Positions 24,190 to 38,383 of a stretch of DNA of 64,000 nucleotides are shown here, piece by piece; positions within the stretch are counted from its first letter, which is position 1; each line of letters begins with the position of its first letter. Source of the stretch: Dicyema japonicum (lineage: Eukaryota > Animalia > Dicyemida); contig RDEW01000019.1 of the NCBI GenBank assembly GCA_011109175.1, forward strand, positions 841,823 to 905,822, written 5' to 3'. Under the pieces are notes generated by a model. The model was not told the DNA's origin and searched no databases. It saw only the letters and a list, made by a program, of their open reading frames with translations. A program made the translations under genes and the position numbers.

Positions 24190-25720
24190 AGCTGGCCTTT
24201 TAAGTTAAGTTTCCCTGGCCTTAATAAAAGAGACTATGGGATATCAGTATGGCGTTACAAGTGTCGCTCGCTCCCATAGAATGTTACTTTTTGTATGGGA
24301 GATGGATGCTATATAAGTTTTGGACATTTGAAAATTTGAATTTGCTGTCAGCTCAAAGAGATTGCAAATGAATGCGATCAAGTGTCCAATTAAGAGTATT
24401 GGGCGCTCTTCGGGAAAGGTTCGAGCTGATTTGCGATAGGATCCTTCTGGGATCTCTATCGAGGGTCAGTTCCGAATTGTCTATTACGGTAGAAAGCAGT
24501 CGACTAGCACTTCTTTCTTTAGGAAAAACGAATGGATCTAGTTGATCTTTTTCTTCGTGGTGGATTTTTAAGATTAAAAATGATTTTTTTAGCATCCCCC
24601 TGCTGCCCATGATCACAGAAACAATATGTATATGATTTCCTGTTTCGGCTATGTCATTGCAAGAATGCAGAGATTCGTTAAGTAACTAAGGAATTGTAGG
24701 CTTCGCATGCATAGCTAATCTTCCATTGGAAGAATGCAAGATTTCCAATCGAGGTGGTCTACATGTGTACGCAGGTTACAGGCGGTAATGATTTGAGGAG
24801 ATTTTTTCCGGTTGAACATTAAACTGTCAACAAACAGAAGTTAAACTGTAATAGAGGATTTTGGTGGGGTGGGAGTAAGTCGATTATAAAGTAGCCATGA
24901 TGTTATGAGAACGGTTCGGAGAGGTGGTTTATGGCTATTGAATCCATCGGCGATAAATTCAGTCAGTTTAGTTTGGTGGTAGTCGAATATTGTGGACGGA
25001 ATAGATTTATAATAGGTAGATGTGGTTAAGCATAACTCTTTCCAAAATCTTTAAATTGTCACAAAAAATAGAGATAGGGGGTAGATCCTGACTCACATTG
25101 GTTTTGTGTGGTTTCAGAATAGAAATTATTGTTGATTGTTTCCACAGACAGGGGAATAAGTTTGGAGTTTAAGGAAGCAGTGAAAATTTCCGAGAAGTGT
25201 CTTTTCCCCTCTGGACCAAGATTCTTCAGGTGGAAGCTGCAAATTCCATCTATAAATTCCATTAGGGAGTTCTTATTGATAACTTGTGCTGAAATTAAGT
25301 AGATCAGCAGAAATTGTGCTGGAATTAAAATTTTTCAGAGTAGAGTCGATTGAATTAAAATGGGGTTATGTTTCTTGCCGAAATTCTGCCCATCCCCCTT
25401 ATTTATAATTGATACAGTTCTCCCGTTATGTTGCTTCGAATCGAATATTTCGATTGCCAGGAGGATAGGGTTAGGATTTGGTGGAATATCAAATATGACA
25501 TTCCATGGGGTGGACAGTCAGAGGAACATAGATTGGATCTAACAATTTTTTGAGTTTCCAAGCATAAAGCAGTTCTCGTATATTATGGAAATCATTCAGA
25601 ACATCAAGGTCCTCAAATTCTGTTGATATGTAGAGACCTCTTTGATCAGACCTATTGCAGGAGAACCATACAGGGTTCTTCAAATTGAAGTCTCCACAGA
25701 CAATGAGAAACTAAATGATC
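24190..25720 (-). mobile_element. Heavily decayed APE-RT LINE (family 4)
   Basis: APE remnants (NDF-N..H..LYAW, NPILLAIE) and an RT-proximal LKNLGPEG region. Its 3' end (CTATGGGAGCGA...AAGGCCAGGG.ACTTAACT) matches 43105-43195. Confidence 0.6.
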
Positions 25721-25739
25721 CACAGCTCACATATCCGAT

Positions 25740-26400
25740 CACTTTAATAAATAATTGGGATGACAGTTACCCTTTCACAGTTCGGCAGGGTGTCTCGTTG
25801 CTCAATTAACCGTTTGCGGGATCCACAATTTTTGAAAAATTCCGGCGCTTAACAGAACGACTGAATTTGACAAAAATACTTACCAATCTAGTTAGTCAAA
25901 ATGTACTTTATGTTCGACGACAGTTCGGCAGGGTGTCTCGTTGCTCAATTAACCGTTTGCGGGATCCACAATTTTTAAAAAATTCCGGCGCTTAACAGAA
26001 CGGCTGAATTTGACAAAAATACTTACCAATCAAGTTAGTCAAAATGTACTTTATGTTCAACGATCTTTTGATACTCACTCAAAGTTGATTTTTAGAAAGA
26101 ATATTGTCGACAATTACCTGGTAGTTGATTTGCCGAAAGCATTCCAAAATAAATTACTATTGCTTATCATCATGCATGAGGTGACACCATGTAAGCTTAT
26201 TATAGATGACTTTTTTAATCAAAATGGAATTGGAGGATTTTGTGGACGGTAGATAATTGCACTTTCTCTGCTTAAATCATGATTATGCCAGAATCAGAGG
26301 ACAACTGTGAATAGCGGACGACCTTGATAAAAAACTTTAGCGTGCGAGGAGTAAATTTGACTGAATGTATGACCCTCGACGACTGTTTTTTATTTTACTT
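25740..26400 (+). mobile_element. RT relic containing a 143-bp tandem duplication (25777-25919 / 25920-26062)
   Basis: VVDLPKAF and a degenerate YADDL (GCGGACGACCTT at ~26315). Confidence 0.45.
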
Positions 26401-26872
26401 TAATAAAGCATTTACGAACTGTCAAAAAATATTATGAATTTGTTGCAAAGTTTAAAGTAAATTTTAAAAACCGTCAAGGCAACTGACATTAAATAAAATA
26501 AATTACTTTAGCATGTCCAAACAAGGGTATTACTTTAATAGACAGCATTTGCTTAATAGTCCATTAAAGTAAATGGTTTACAGTTGACATAAGCATTGAT
26601 TTATTAGTGAACTTTAAGACAATAAATCTGGTTTTATTTAATCCCAGATGACGTAGATGGGTATTTACGAGTCAAATAGAGTTTAGCATAAAAATCATTA
26701 TATTATTCGAAATGTGTTAGTTTGTTAATTTCACTTAAATTACCTTCTCTTGTGATCTTCAGTGCTGTAAAATCGACTCATTACTCGGGGGAATTTCTCA
26801 AGTCTGCTGTAAGCCATTCTCTGATCCTACATCAGTCATAAATCGATTCAAAAAATGATAAAATAATTCTAT

Positions 26873-27448
26873 TCATTTTATATAATCAATAAATCGCGTC
26901 AATGATACCTTATAGGTCCACCAGTTCTTAGGGAAACAACTGATCATGTCCATATAGACAAGGTTCTTTTTAAAGTCATTCTCCCAGGATTGTCGTGAAT
27001 AGACTGTCTTTACATCATTCAAGCGTTTAAGCATTTTACTGTTTTCGTTTGCAATATTTATTGCTGTCTTTCTGTTAAGATCAGCATTTAAACTCAAAGT
27101 AATTTAAATACCACCTTTTTACAGTATAAAATGTTGGCTTCAGGGATGTGCTCTTGTAATCATTGATGCAGTTTATTATTTTCATGTTCATTTTTTCATT
27201 ATTTTCTCGTTCTTCGACGGCTAACTATTTACAATAATTGATATTTCTACTCTCGTTTTCTTGGAGTTGCTTCTCAAATGGGGGAAATCTTGAGGTGGTC
27301 GATTATCCACTGCAGAATATGCATATTTTACCTAAAATAACACAATTTATGCTACTCGGCATCTGTGTTCTAAATATTTTTTATCATCCCATTTTTTCTG
27401 CAAATATTTGCTATGTGATGGAAGATATAAATTGTAAGCCTTGTGCAT
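26873..27448 (-). CDS. CFAP97D2: CFAP97 domain protein; introns 27332-27355 (24 nt), 27225-27250 (26 nt), 27093-27114 (22 nt); further 3' exons possible
   Basis: Spliced MHKAYNLYLPSHSKYLQKKWDDKKYLEHRCRVKYAYSAVDNRPPQDFPHL...IANENSKMLKRLNDVKTVYSRQSWENDF...MDMISCFP matches the family pattern. Confidence 0.8.
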
Positions 27449-27590
27449 TTTATATTTTAGTAAAGTTTATTTAAATAAAACATTTAGGTTAACCAAACTA
27501 TTATTTTCAATTATATTTAATTAAATAAAATATTTATATTATTATATTATTTCCACTACTCCAGCAAATTCAGTGGGCGATCTAAGTAAA

Positions 27591-27975
27591 GCCGCGTGGT
27601 GCAATGTGGCTACTTGATTGAAGATTTCTGTTCGTTTCGTCTCTTCCTCCTCTCCCCTTTTTTAATGGCTTAGTATGATCAACCTGTCTCAAGTGGTGCC
27701 CAGTAAAAAGTATCATTTATTCTCCGCTAATTTACTGGAGGGACTTATTGTCTCGACAGTTGAATATGCTTGTTCCCTGGTGATTTGCCCTTCCCTTTAG
27801 AGGATCCAACATATAAGCTATCTCATGCGTAGAGCCACACAGCTCATCTTCACCAGTTTCCTGTCTGAATAAATGACGCTGAGAATGGCCAGAATTTTGT
27901 AAGGAGCTAGGAAACCCATTCAGATAAGGGGTAACTTATGCAGACAAACTCCGATCGACCATAAAAAAGGGAACC
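27591..27975 (+). mobile_element. Family H head and body (27591-27702) followed by a family-1-like LINE thumb fragment (27745-27975)
   Basis: GCCGCGTGGTGCAATGTGGCTACTTGATTGAAG; downstream TTTTGTAAGGAGCTAGGAAACCCATTCAG resembles 4037-4067. Confidence 0.65.
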
Positions 27976-28049
27976 ACAAGGCCCTTTCAAAGGGGTTATT
28001 GGTTGCTGGGTGAACGGGTTAACGTTAGTTTTGCCAACGTTTGTGCCAT

Positions 28050-28600
28050 ATGGATAAAACCGATCTCCATATTGACGCTGAACAATTTGGAAGTACTACA
28101 GGACAGATGGTTCAGAGTCATATTGGGAGACAACTGGGACATATGCTATAAACGGAGTCATCGATGCTACGGGAAACGTTAAACGTTGCACTAATTAGGG
28201 AACACCTGATGGAACGTCGAGGATATTTTGCTAAAATATCCAACTCTCCAGTGCATCCCTTTGGACCAGAAGTCAGATCATATCTGGAATCTTCCCCAAG
28301 ATATGAGAAGAAACTTTTTTCTTTATTGAGATTAATCCAGGATTCCAAGACAATTTATAGGAGAAAGCTAGGCTTGGACACCAGGATCACTTAATTAGGC
28401 GATAACTCTTATTCTCGTTCANCCAACTCTCCAGTGCATCCCTTTGGACCAGAAGTCAGATCATATCTGGAATCCTCCCCAAGATATGAGAAGAAACTTT
28501 CCTCTTTATTGAGATTAATCCAGGATTCCAAGACAATTCATAGGAGAAAGCTAGGCTTGGACACCAGGATCACTTAATTAGGCGATAACTCTTATTCTCG
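28050..28600 (+). mobile_element. LINE 3' relic whose last ~175 bp are duplicated across the N at 28422
   Basis: CCAGGATCACTTAATTAG 3' motif occurs twice; near-identical halves flank a single N. Confidence 0.5.
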
Positions 28601-28714
28601 TTCACTTTGTTTCAAGGGTTAATGAATTAATTTTTTGAAACCATAATAGTTTTATTAATTGACAAACAGTTAGCAACTAATAAAAAAAGACAAAACATCA
28701 GTTAGCTGCCGCCC

Positions 28715-29920
28715 TCACTGCGTGGCTGTACCTTCATAGAATTGCGAGCGAAATTCGCTCAAACAGCCAGCGGCGTTCGCGGAGATCTCCAGTGCATGAG
28801 GTGATCCGGTTTCCAAGACGTCCGAAAAACTCTAGTGTAGAGGGGGAGTAGGATCCGGAAGTCTCCATAGCAAGCGGAACAAATTGGACATTATCGGGAA
28901 GGCCGCCGTATTTTTCGAGTTTGGCCTTTTCCGCCTTGACGGCTGCAGAGCAGGCCCTTGAAGCGCACTCGTGAAGATTGTTCGGGGCGAACGTGTCTGT
29001 ACATGCTACGTCCCAAACAAGTGGTTTCCCGGCCTCGAAGGTAAATATCGTCATTCTGTCCGGTCGTTTCCCGTCACTTCTGCATAACCCGACCTGTTCG
29101 AGAATGGCTGAATATTCAGCAGCATTCATAGCCCGTTTGACAATCTCAAGCAGCATTCATAGTCCGCTTGACAATCTCATTCAGAGCCTTGTGCCTTAGA
29201 GATCTGCCAGCGCTCCTCTTGCAGGCGAGAGGGGGCAAGCCATGACAGTCTATCAGGATTCCACATCGGCACGGGTGAGGTACACAAACTTTCAGTCCCA
29301 GCCGCATAAAGATACCACTTCTAACGCATTCATTATCCAGAAAGGTGCCCAGAGCTCTATTTGGGGTGCCGTTTAGCCAAGGTCCGCTCTCAGGGGAAGC
29401 CCCCGAAAGCAAACAAGCGTGTCGGTGCTGATTGACTGATTCCAGTAGGAGTCCAAATGATTCACTTCTAACGCATTCATTATCCAGAAAGGTGCCCAGA
29501 GCTCTATTTGGGATGCCGTTTAGCCAAGGTCCGCTCTCAGGGGAAGCCCCCGAAAGCAAACAAGCGTGTCGGTGCTGATTGACTGATTCCAGTAGGAGTC
29601 CAAATGATTTTCAGCACAATAAATTGTCCAGGTTTCGCTGGCAGTCTTGTGAAGGAAGCAGGGGGAGGTTAGTTAGCAACTACTAAAAGTTTCTTTCAGT
29701 CAAGGCTGGCCGCTCTAAGAATTGAGAACGCATTTCCCATGACGATATGTAAAAAAATGTCAGCTCATTTATTTCTTATTTTCTTCCTTGCGATAATCGT
29801 GGCTCAACAGGGTCAGTGATCTGCTTCCAATAACTCTTGATGTTTTGACGCCGACTGTTCAAAAATTAATTGTCTACCAAGACATTCGTATTTCTTTTTT
29901 AAGGGTAGGCCTTTCTCGAG
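28715..29920 (-). mobile_element. CRE-clade CCHC and REL region with internal tandem duplication, plus a second REL relic at 29710-29920
   Basis: SGPWLNG.PN..LGTFLDNECVR, CRCG...HPLACKRSAGRSLRH.ALNEIVKRA, DGKRPD...GKPLVWDVACTDT, PLAMETSG. Confidence 0.9.
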
Positions 29921-30499
29921 ACTGATCCTGAATAAATTTCCATTAGTGCGAGGTTAAAGGGGGAGTGGGAATCCACACTGATGCCGTCCCATGTGAAGTA
30001 TCAGATTAAATACCAAAATTTGTCTCAAACTTGATTTTTTATAAATAAAAACATACTAAAAAGAAAACTATTCATATTCTATCTATCAAATAAAAAAGAG
30101 AGGTATCGGAATCGAGTTCAATCTATCACATCGAAAAGGGGGAAGCTATCGGAATCGAGTTACCAGATTTGATCATAGAAACGCAGTCAAAAAGACTGAA
30201 GAGGGCAGGACTCTCTGACAAAAATATTTTCAATTGGATTGAGTCAATTTCATCAATCGCTAAGAAGAAAGGTCAAACCTCCAACAGAAGTGTACTCAAT
30301 AGTCTGTGAGATGACGGTATAACAAACTGATGTAAACTGCGAGATACAGAAATCCCTTCTTTACAATCTCCTTCATTACTTCCAAAATCCCTTAGTCATG
30401 ATTTCCTCGATATGTCGTTTGAAGGTTATTTCAGTGTTATGTGTGACAACAATGAGCTAATTCTTTGTCAGAAGATTGGAGTGTTGCCGAGGAACATCT

Positions 30500-31020
30500 C
30501 AGCGACATCCATATCCTTTGACCGGTAGTGAATAGGTAAATTGTAATTTAGACAGCGACACAGACTGCACATTGGCAGATAGTCAGTTGTTCATTTTGTT
30601 AAAATGCAACTAGAATTCGGCAGTCACAAAAAGGAGATATATCCCTATAGACGGTGATGATGTAGTCCATCGGGATGTCTTTATTGAATGTTTTGTAGAA
30701 ATAGGTTTAATGACGCAGATGTGGATGAAGAGCTATCGGTATCCATCGAGTTTTTCATGTTTACCGAAAAGGAATTTTCCTAATCAAATTTCGATTTTCA
30801 GGTAGATTTCAGTCAGGAAGATCTTTTTTGTTTAGAGTTGTCGAAACGGAGTCAAATACCTTGTGTATGTCGATAGAAACAAAAGCCGTAAGTTTTTGGA
30901 GGTTGGAACCATTGGTAATACACTGGGATTCAGATGTCGTGGTAGAAGGTATCAGCAGATCAAAGGAAATCTTCGTCAACTCAAATCTCGCCAACATTTG
31001 GACATACTCTGTAAGATGAC
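30500..31020 (-). mobile_element. Family-1-like RT relic
   Basis: TAFVSIDIHKVFDSV, similar to TAFVSIDIQKAFDSG at ~3405-3450. Confidence 0.5.
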
Positions 31021-31475
31021 AGTCGTATTCTGTTTTCTTATTTTTATAATCAACGTAATTGGAAAGTTCTTCAAAATGTTCGGAATGATTTAGTCCACAA
31101 ATTAGTGATTACAGCCTTAATTCGAAGGCCTATGTGTTTAAAATGAATTCCAAAAACTCCGTCATGGCCACAGACACAGAAAACGATTAACTCATTTATA
31201 TTGGGGGTGTGTGTCCAACTGTGCAAAATCCACACGTAAAGAGCAACTCCTTCCAAAAAGTGGTACATTGAATAGATTGCGGATTAATCCTATTTTCTTC
31301 CGACTGCAGACAATATGAACGGAAGTTTGTAGTGCATAAAGATTCACTAGTTTGACTATACCGTTTCTGGGTAACCAATGATAGAATAACCATTATTCAA
31401 ATTCACGTTGGGTTGAATAGAAGACGCCCGCGTAGCGGTCGTATCTCGAAAGATCTATAATTAATTTTTTTATTG

Positions 31476-31515
31476 GCCGTGTGGTTCCATGCGGCTACTT
31501 GATTGAAGATTTCTT
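31476..31515 (+). repeat. Family H head, cleanest copy
   Basis: GCCGTGTGGTTCCATGCGGC hairpin followed by TACTTGATTGAAGATTTC. Confidence 0.75.
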
Positions 31516-31535
31516 TTGACGACATAAAACAACTT

Positions 31536-32105
31536 ATTATCATTACAGGATCACCGTGTTAAAAGGAAAAAGAGAAAGTTCCCAACTAATTAAATGACTC
31601 CAGACCGACATGGAGGGACGTCCTATACGACGTGGACCAGAATCCTGGATGGCTCTATAGATAGGACATGTGGTTATCTCGTATCTAGGGCGGTTTTAAG
31701 GTATTAGTTCATAGCTTCATAGAGGGGCTGCTAGACAGAGTAGCATCCTCAGCATCTTCTGCCGTCTTTGATAGCAGCTTCCTGGACTGCGGAGAGTTTC
31801 AGGAGAGATGAGTGGCTATTGAACACGACACACTTGCGTAGGTCAATGCCGGTTGTACAAATTGCCGATAGACATCGGAAAAGGTCCTAGCGATTCTTCC
31901 AAGGGGTTTTGAAATGATTTTCAAGATTCTCGTTATCGTAAGTGCCGCATTCGTCTGATTCTCAACAGTTTTGCGAATGTAAGTCCTTGTCAAATATCAC
32001 TCCCGCGATGGTTGGTGTGGCCGTAAATGGATTGTCGTATCTTTAATCATTGTCTTAGGCTTCCTTGTATAATGTTGTCTAAAAGATGTAAAGAGGGTCA
32101 CAAAA
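31536..32105 (-). mobile_element. 5'-truncated family 2 LINE with 12-bp TSD ATAAAACAACTT
   Basis: TSD at 31524-31535 and 32106-32117; VYRQFVQPALTYASVS thumb motif. Confidence 0.8.
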
Positions 32106-32184
32106 ATAAAACAACTTGCACTGGTAGCCGCCATAGACTAATAGAAGCCTGTTAAAAATTTATTGATTATTTACTTTGCCTTTA

Positions 32185-32400
32185 CTAGTGACGCCTTCAT
32201 TGGTGAACATCTCACAGCAGAACCCGATTCCCTACAAAAGGACACAATCAAAAAAAAGAATTTAGGTGTATTCTTCTGTTCTCTCCCATTGATTAGGTAT
32301 GATAACTGTTCTTTACTTATAATGAAGTATTTTTTTCTGCCCGGGAGTAGCTATAGGTAACATAGCTCTTCGTAAAGTGAAGTAATCCTTTTGGGGAACC
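32185..32400 (+). mobile_element. Headless SINE copy
   Basis: AGTGACGCC..., AAAGGACAC, GATTAGGTATGATAACTGTTCTTTACTT match 22565-22700. Confidence 0.55.
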
Positions 32401-34330
32401 AAGTTTCTCAGATTGTATGCATGTCACCAAGATGTATTAAATTTATCAAAACTAGAAAAGTATTTAAAAATCAAATCTTAAGTTTCAGATGTTAGTTTTT
32501 ACTTAATCGTGAACGGGGGTTAATCCAGAGTAAGATTAAAGTCCTAAATGACGAACACGCTGTTAACCTATTTGATTCCAAGATAAGAGAGGTCAAACAA
32601 CGAAAAAATAATTCCAAGATGTTCCTGTCTATACGACTGATATGAAGGAAAAGAGATCCTGAAGCACTTGTTCTCCATGATCCAGATGGTAGAACAATAG
32701 AAACCATGCCGAGCAAGCAGAAGCTGTGATATCTCTCGGTGAACATCTCTTTACTAAGAAAGAAAGAATCGGATTTTAAGTCATTAACAACCATCAGCGA
32801 ACTTTATTACCAAAGGAAAGTAAAGAGGGTATTTTTAAGCTTCCTTCACACTTTTTGGATTTTACGTCAAAGGAGACCTACATCTTTGTACATCGCTATT
32901 GAGTATCTCCTACGTAACAATATGTCAAAGATAGGATCTATGAATGCATTGTAGATCCTCAAATACGTCAGAAATATCCTTTATCTGTTAGTCATTACGT
33001 CTCAAAATAGAGTTATTTTATTTTTATTTTATTTAACACCCAAGACTACGGTAAAACCAAAACCAACTATCACGTGATCCCTATGCGTTCCGCCAAAATC
33101 TTCATTTTTTCCCGATGCTCCTCCCTCGTACCCACAAAAGCTCGTATTGGGCGGCTGACTGTATTTACAGGGCCACCTTCCCGCATGCCGGAGTTTTGTT
33201 TAATGAGGGCCTCCAGAGTAGTCGGTCAGGTTCTGTGTCTCCCACAAGACCACTNTTTTTTCTGCCCGGGAGTAGCTATAGGTAACATAGCTCTTCGTAA
33301 AGTGCAGTAATCCTATTGGGGAACCAAGTTTCTCAGATTGTATGCATGTCACACAGAAGTATTAAATTTATCAAAACTAGAAAAGTATTTAAAAATCAAA
33401 TCTTAAGTTTCAGATGTTAGTTTTATACTTAATCGTGAACGGGGGTTAATCCAGAGTAAGATTAAAGTCCTAAATGACGAACACGCTGTTAACCTNAGTG
33501 AAATAATTCTTTTGGGGAACCAAGTTTCTCGGATTGTATGCATGTCACCCAGATGTATTAAATTTATCAAAACTAGAAAAGTATTTAAAAATCAAATCTT
33601 AAGTTTCAGATGTTAGTTTTTACTTAATCGTGAACGGGGGTTAATCCAGAGTAAGATTAAAGTCCTAAATGACGAACACGCTGTTAACCTATTTGATTCC
33701 AAGATAAGAGAGGTCAAACAACGAAAAAATAATTCCAAGGTGTTCCTGTCTATACGACTGATATGAAGGAAGAGGGATCCTGAAGCACTTGTTCTCCATG
33801 ATCCAAATGGTAGAACAATAGGAACCATGCCGAGCAAGCAGAAGCTGTGATATCTTTCGGTGAACATCTCTTTACTAAGAAAGAAAGAATCGGGTTTTAA
33901 GTCATTAACAAAGTAAAGAGGGTATTTTTTAAGCTTCCTTCACACTTCTTGGATTTTACGTCAAATGAGACCTACATCTTTGTACTTCGCTATTGAGTAT
34001 CTCCTACGTAACAATATGTCAAAGATAGGATCTATGAATGCATTGTAGATCCTCAAATACGTCAGAAATATCATTTATCTGTTAGTCATCACGTCTCAAA
34101 ATAGAGTTATTTTATTTTTATTTTATTTAACACCCAAAACTACGGTAAAACCAAAACCAACTATCACGTGATCCCTATGCGTTCCGCCAAAATCCTCATT
34201 CTTTCCCGGTGCTCCTCCCTCGTACCCACACAAGCTCGTACTGGGCGGCTGACTGTATTTACAAGGCCACTTTCCCGCATGCCGGAGTTTTGTTTAATGA
34301 GGGCCTCCAGAGTAGTCGGTCCGGTTCTGT
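32330..34330. repeat. Near-identical ~0.9-kb blocks (32330-33250 vs ~33500-34330, partial third copy 33256-33495) joined by single Ns
   Basis: Direct sequence identity; Ns at 33255 and 33496. Likely uncollapsed haplotypes. Confidence 0.7.
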
Positions 34331-37000
34331 GTCTCCTACAAGACCACTGCTCTGTCATTCTGAAAGCTTTCTTTTAAACGTCCTCGATTTTCTTAGTATT
34401 CGTCCATGATAATGAAAGTCCTCACGAATCACACACGTACGAGAAGCATGGTTTGATGTATTGTTTATAAATGTTCATCAAGACTGGGTGGGTACCTGTC
34501 TTCCATATTCTAGATAAACATTTCAATACATTGTTTTTCTTCTCGCACTTTAGACAATGTTTGTCACGTGTGGTGACAAACATATGTGCGTATCCAATGA
34601 CTCGCCCAAGATCTTCTGGCATTTGCTGAAGGGGATTTCAACGTTGTCCAATTTTAAGATGACAATCTTTTTCTCCAACCTACTGTCCAAAGTAAACATA
34701 GACGTGACCGACTTTCTGGAATTTACCGTAACTCGGTTCTTCATTACCCAGGCGTTGAGTCGGTCCAGGTTAATTTGTGATCTTTCTGTAGCATTTTGGA
34801 TATCCCGATCACGTGAGGCCAAAACAATGTCGTCTGCATATGAGAGTAGAACATCGTTATTAGATTCCGGTGTCGGGAGGTCCGCCAAGTATAAATTGAA
34901 TAAAGCAGGGGATAAAGGAGATCCTTGGGGGACACCGTTTGGGAGAAGACGCGAGACTGATTTCAGTCCTCCGAGGCATACAAGAAATTTTTTATCCAAA
35001 GTTTAAGCTTCCCCGGGATCTCCGACTGGAAAATTTTATTTGATAATATTTTTCTCAAAATAGAATCAAATGCCTAGTTAATATCAATAGAACATAAAAA
35101 TGTTTTCAAATGCCTTGGTTTGTTTGAAAATCCATCTCTAATGAAGTTGGTTAATTTCTGTAGGTACGTTGATGTAGAACACTAGTTCTTGAATCCGTGT
35201 TGAAAATCCTTTTCTGGTAAGAAAGTCTTGATTCTCCCAAGCACAAGCCTCTCCAGGATTTTCGATATGGAACATAATAATGACACAGGTCTAAATGATG
35301 CCGGATCTTCCTTAGGTTTTCCAGGTTTCAGTATAGGTNAATGGAACATAAGAATGTTTTCAATGCCTTGGTTTGTTTGAAAATCCATCTCTAATGAAGT
35401 TTGTTAATTTCTGTAGGTATGTTGATGTAGAACACTCGTTCTTGAATCCGTGTTGAAAATCCTTTTCTGGTAAGAAAGCCTTGATTCTCCCAAGCACAAG
35501 CCTCTCCAGGATTTTCGATATGGAATATAACAATGACACAGGTCTAAATGATGCCGGATCTTCCTTAGGTTTTCCAGGTTTCAGTATAGGTCGGATGTTG
35601 GCTTGCTTCCATAACAACGGTATTACATTACAATTAATTGAATAGTTGTAAACCGACTCCAATATCTCCAAGGTTCTTCAATAACACTACTGGAATTTTG
35701 TCGGGACCGGCAGAGTACGTTGTTCTTGTAAAACGAAGCGCATTCTTCACGTCTTCATCCGAGAAGTAAACTGGGTTAGAATTTTTCTTCAGTTTTCTTC
35801 ATGAAGAGAGAAGCACTTCCGACTTCCTGTGTTCTTTGTACGAAAATTTTGTGTAGAATTTTATCAAATTGTTAACGTCCCGTTGAGTATAGTCATCTTC
35901 GGGGGAAGTTTCTTCGCACTTTTGCAACGTTTCGAATGGCTTTCCACACTTTTCCGGTACTATCGTTGCGATTTATTCTTGAAAGAATCCGATTCTGGGC
36001 CTTGAACTCTCAGGCCATTATTTTGTTGTTTAAGCTCTGATCCTTAGTTTCGTTTCTAATGTGATCCAATTAGATTTTTTGAGGTGATTTCTTTCTCTGA
36101 TCAATGCCGACTCCCTTCTACCATTAGAGGAGTTTAGACGATGCTTGGGAATAGCCAATGATCTTGCTTCTAGGATTGTGCAAGTAAAGTATTTGATCGC
36201 TTTTTCTAGCGATTTGAAGCTGACCAAGTAACAATTCTTCAGTCTATCATCAGAGATTGCGTGATACAATTCTCAATTAGCAGCTTTGTAGTTATGACTA
36301 GCAGGTGTTCTTTTCACTCTGACTTCTCTCATGACCTTCACAATTGGATTATGATCGCTTCTTGTTTCGTAGAGGACTGACCAATCAATTTTTGATGAAA
36401 GCGACGATGAGCAGAGTGTTACATCCGGTGAGGTAAGCTGATCCGTCTCTCTGAGTGAGGTCCTTGTATTTTTCGCTGGATCGTTTAGTATCGTTAAGGA
36501 GTCCGATTTCAATAACAATAGCTTCCTTCTCGTGTCGGCCTGTTGGGTTGACAACCATAATGGGTGCTTTGCGTTTAAATCTCCACATATGATTATCTCA
36601 TTGTAGATAGCCAATCTTGATAGGTTTGGAATAACATAGTCCTTTGGGCAAGAGCCAAGAGGAAACAAGTAGATATTCACGAGGCACACACTTCCTTTCG
36701 TTGTCCCAAGCGAGATTCCAATTGCCTCAGTAACCTCGTCATTTCCAACAAGTTTTCTCACTTCCGAAGTAATGTCGCATTTCAAATTCTTTTTGAATAG
36801 AGTAAGTAGTCCACCCCTTCTTTTCTTTTTACGGTCTATCTTGATTGCCTCGTATCTAAGGAATAAAGGAGTGGAATCATTCATGCGGAGTTTAGTTTCT
36901 TGAATCATGGCCACGTCGATCTTCTGATTTGCCAGGATTGACGGAGTTCCCTGACCTTGCCTTTACTTCCGTTGATGTTCAATTGGAGAGCAGTAAATTT
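34105..37000 (-). mobile_element. Near full-length APE-RT LINE (family 3), decayed
   Basis: ALQLNING, DVAMIQETKL, GDLNAKHPLW, SPDVTLCS, SDHNPI, WKQANIRPILKPGKP.EDPASFRPVSLL, QHGFK, GVPQGSPLSPALFNLY, YADDI; 3' stem-loop and A-rich tail at 34105-34175. Confidence 0.92.
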
Positions 37001-38383
37001 CCTTTCTCCACAGTGGGCTGAGGGTTTTCGCCGGGAATGTTTGGACTCCTTGCCTTTACTTCCGTTGATGTTCAATTGGAGAGCAGTAAATTTCCTTTCT
37101 CCACAGTGGGCTGAGGGTTTTTGCCGGGAATGTTTGGACTTTTTTAAAGCACATCGCCGGGGGTCGATAATGACCCCGGGAGGAAGGGGTCTAATAGTCC
37201 TTTTCGGAGGGAAAATTTATGAATAGTATAGGATAACTAATCCCCATGAAAATATCATTTACTTAAGGATACATAGTCATAGGAGTATTCTTTTGACTAT
37301 TAACTGCAAAAACTGTGGACCTTCTCTTAAGCAGATCTCCCAATCAAATAAATTTTGATCTGGATATTAGATTTTTTCTACCTTGTTTGTGGTTCATTTG
37401 ATGACAATGAAGGATATTGTCGCAAGTAATACTATTGATCGTTAATTAAAGGACCTTCAACTTTATCCGATTTCGATTTTTGTAGTGGTATTAATAAATC
37501 TTCATGTGCATGACACGTAATATCCCTAATTTTTTCCTTGGATATTTAAAATCGATATTGTTGAGTCAATCACATATTTGTATTATCAATAATCAATTAT
37601 TCATGTTTTTGTTGAATGTTTTTCAAGATAAAATTATCCCACAGACCTGGGATGGAGTTGTCTCGAAATGTTTCAAAAACTATAAAGCTATCTGTTGAAG
37701 GAGCAACGAGAACTTACACCCAGTCAGTTATGTAAAAAAAGACTATCGAAAGCATGCTAGTTAAACGCAAACATGGGATGAAGGATTTGATGGAGAGTAC
37801 ACCTCTCAACTTTTTGAACTGGCATGACGTGAGGACATCCCACAGAACTCTTAGAGATATTCCGACTGACTCTGATGTGGAGATGGGGGATAAGAGGGAG
37901 TTGATGGCAAACTCTTCTTCTGAGAGAAGAAGAATCCACTTAGATAATTTACTCGTTTTACTTTATGGCCACTTTTAAATGTTTTTGTCCGCCTCAAAGC
38001 ATCGTCTTCCTGTGATCCTATAGAAGGAATGTAAGTTTAGTATCCACGGCACGCTCTGTTTAGTAAATAAATTGAAAGAGTCCAGTATTCCAAAACAGTT
38101 TCATTGGGAGAAAGGGAAAACTTAAATAATATTGGACACTTGTGCCGTTGAGAGACTGAAAAATATTGAGATAATTGACAAGGTCCAGATAAACACCTTA
38201 AAGAAATCGTGATAAATTTCAGATACGGAGAGGACCTTGACAGGATACGGGACATAACACTGTAGAGATTTAAATTTTAATCTAAAATCACTGATGGATC
38301 AAAAATTCAGATAATTCCATAATTTTTAATAATTTTGCATAATACAAGGTTAGACTATTAATTTGCGAGAAATAGTAACTGTA

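Noticed and set aside
32492-33867. Duplicated ~85-100 aa ORFs as a real gene pair
   Set aside because: They lie in blocks joined by single Ns, show no recognisable domain, and I could not build a spliced model.
37140-37175. Second 2A motif upstream of the family 3 APE (GDVL*KSP on -)
   Set aside because: No NPGP, an in-frame stop, and it is not clearly in frame with the APE.
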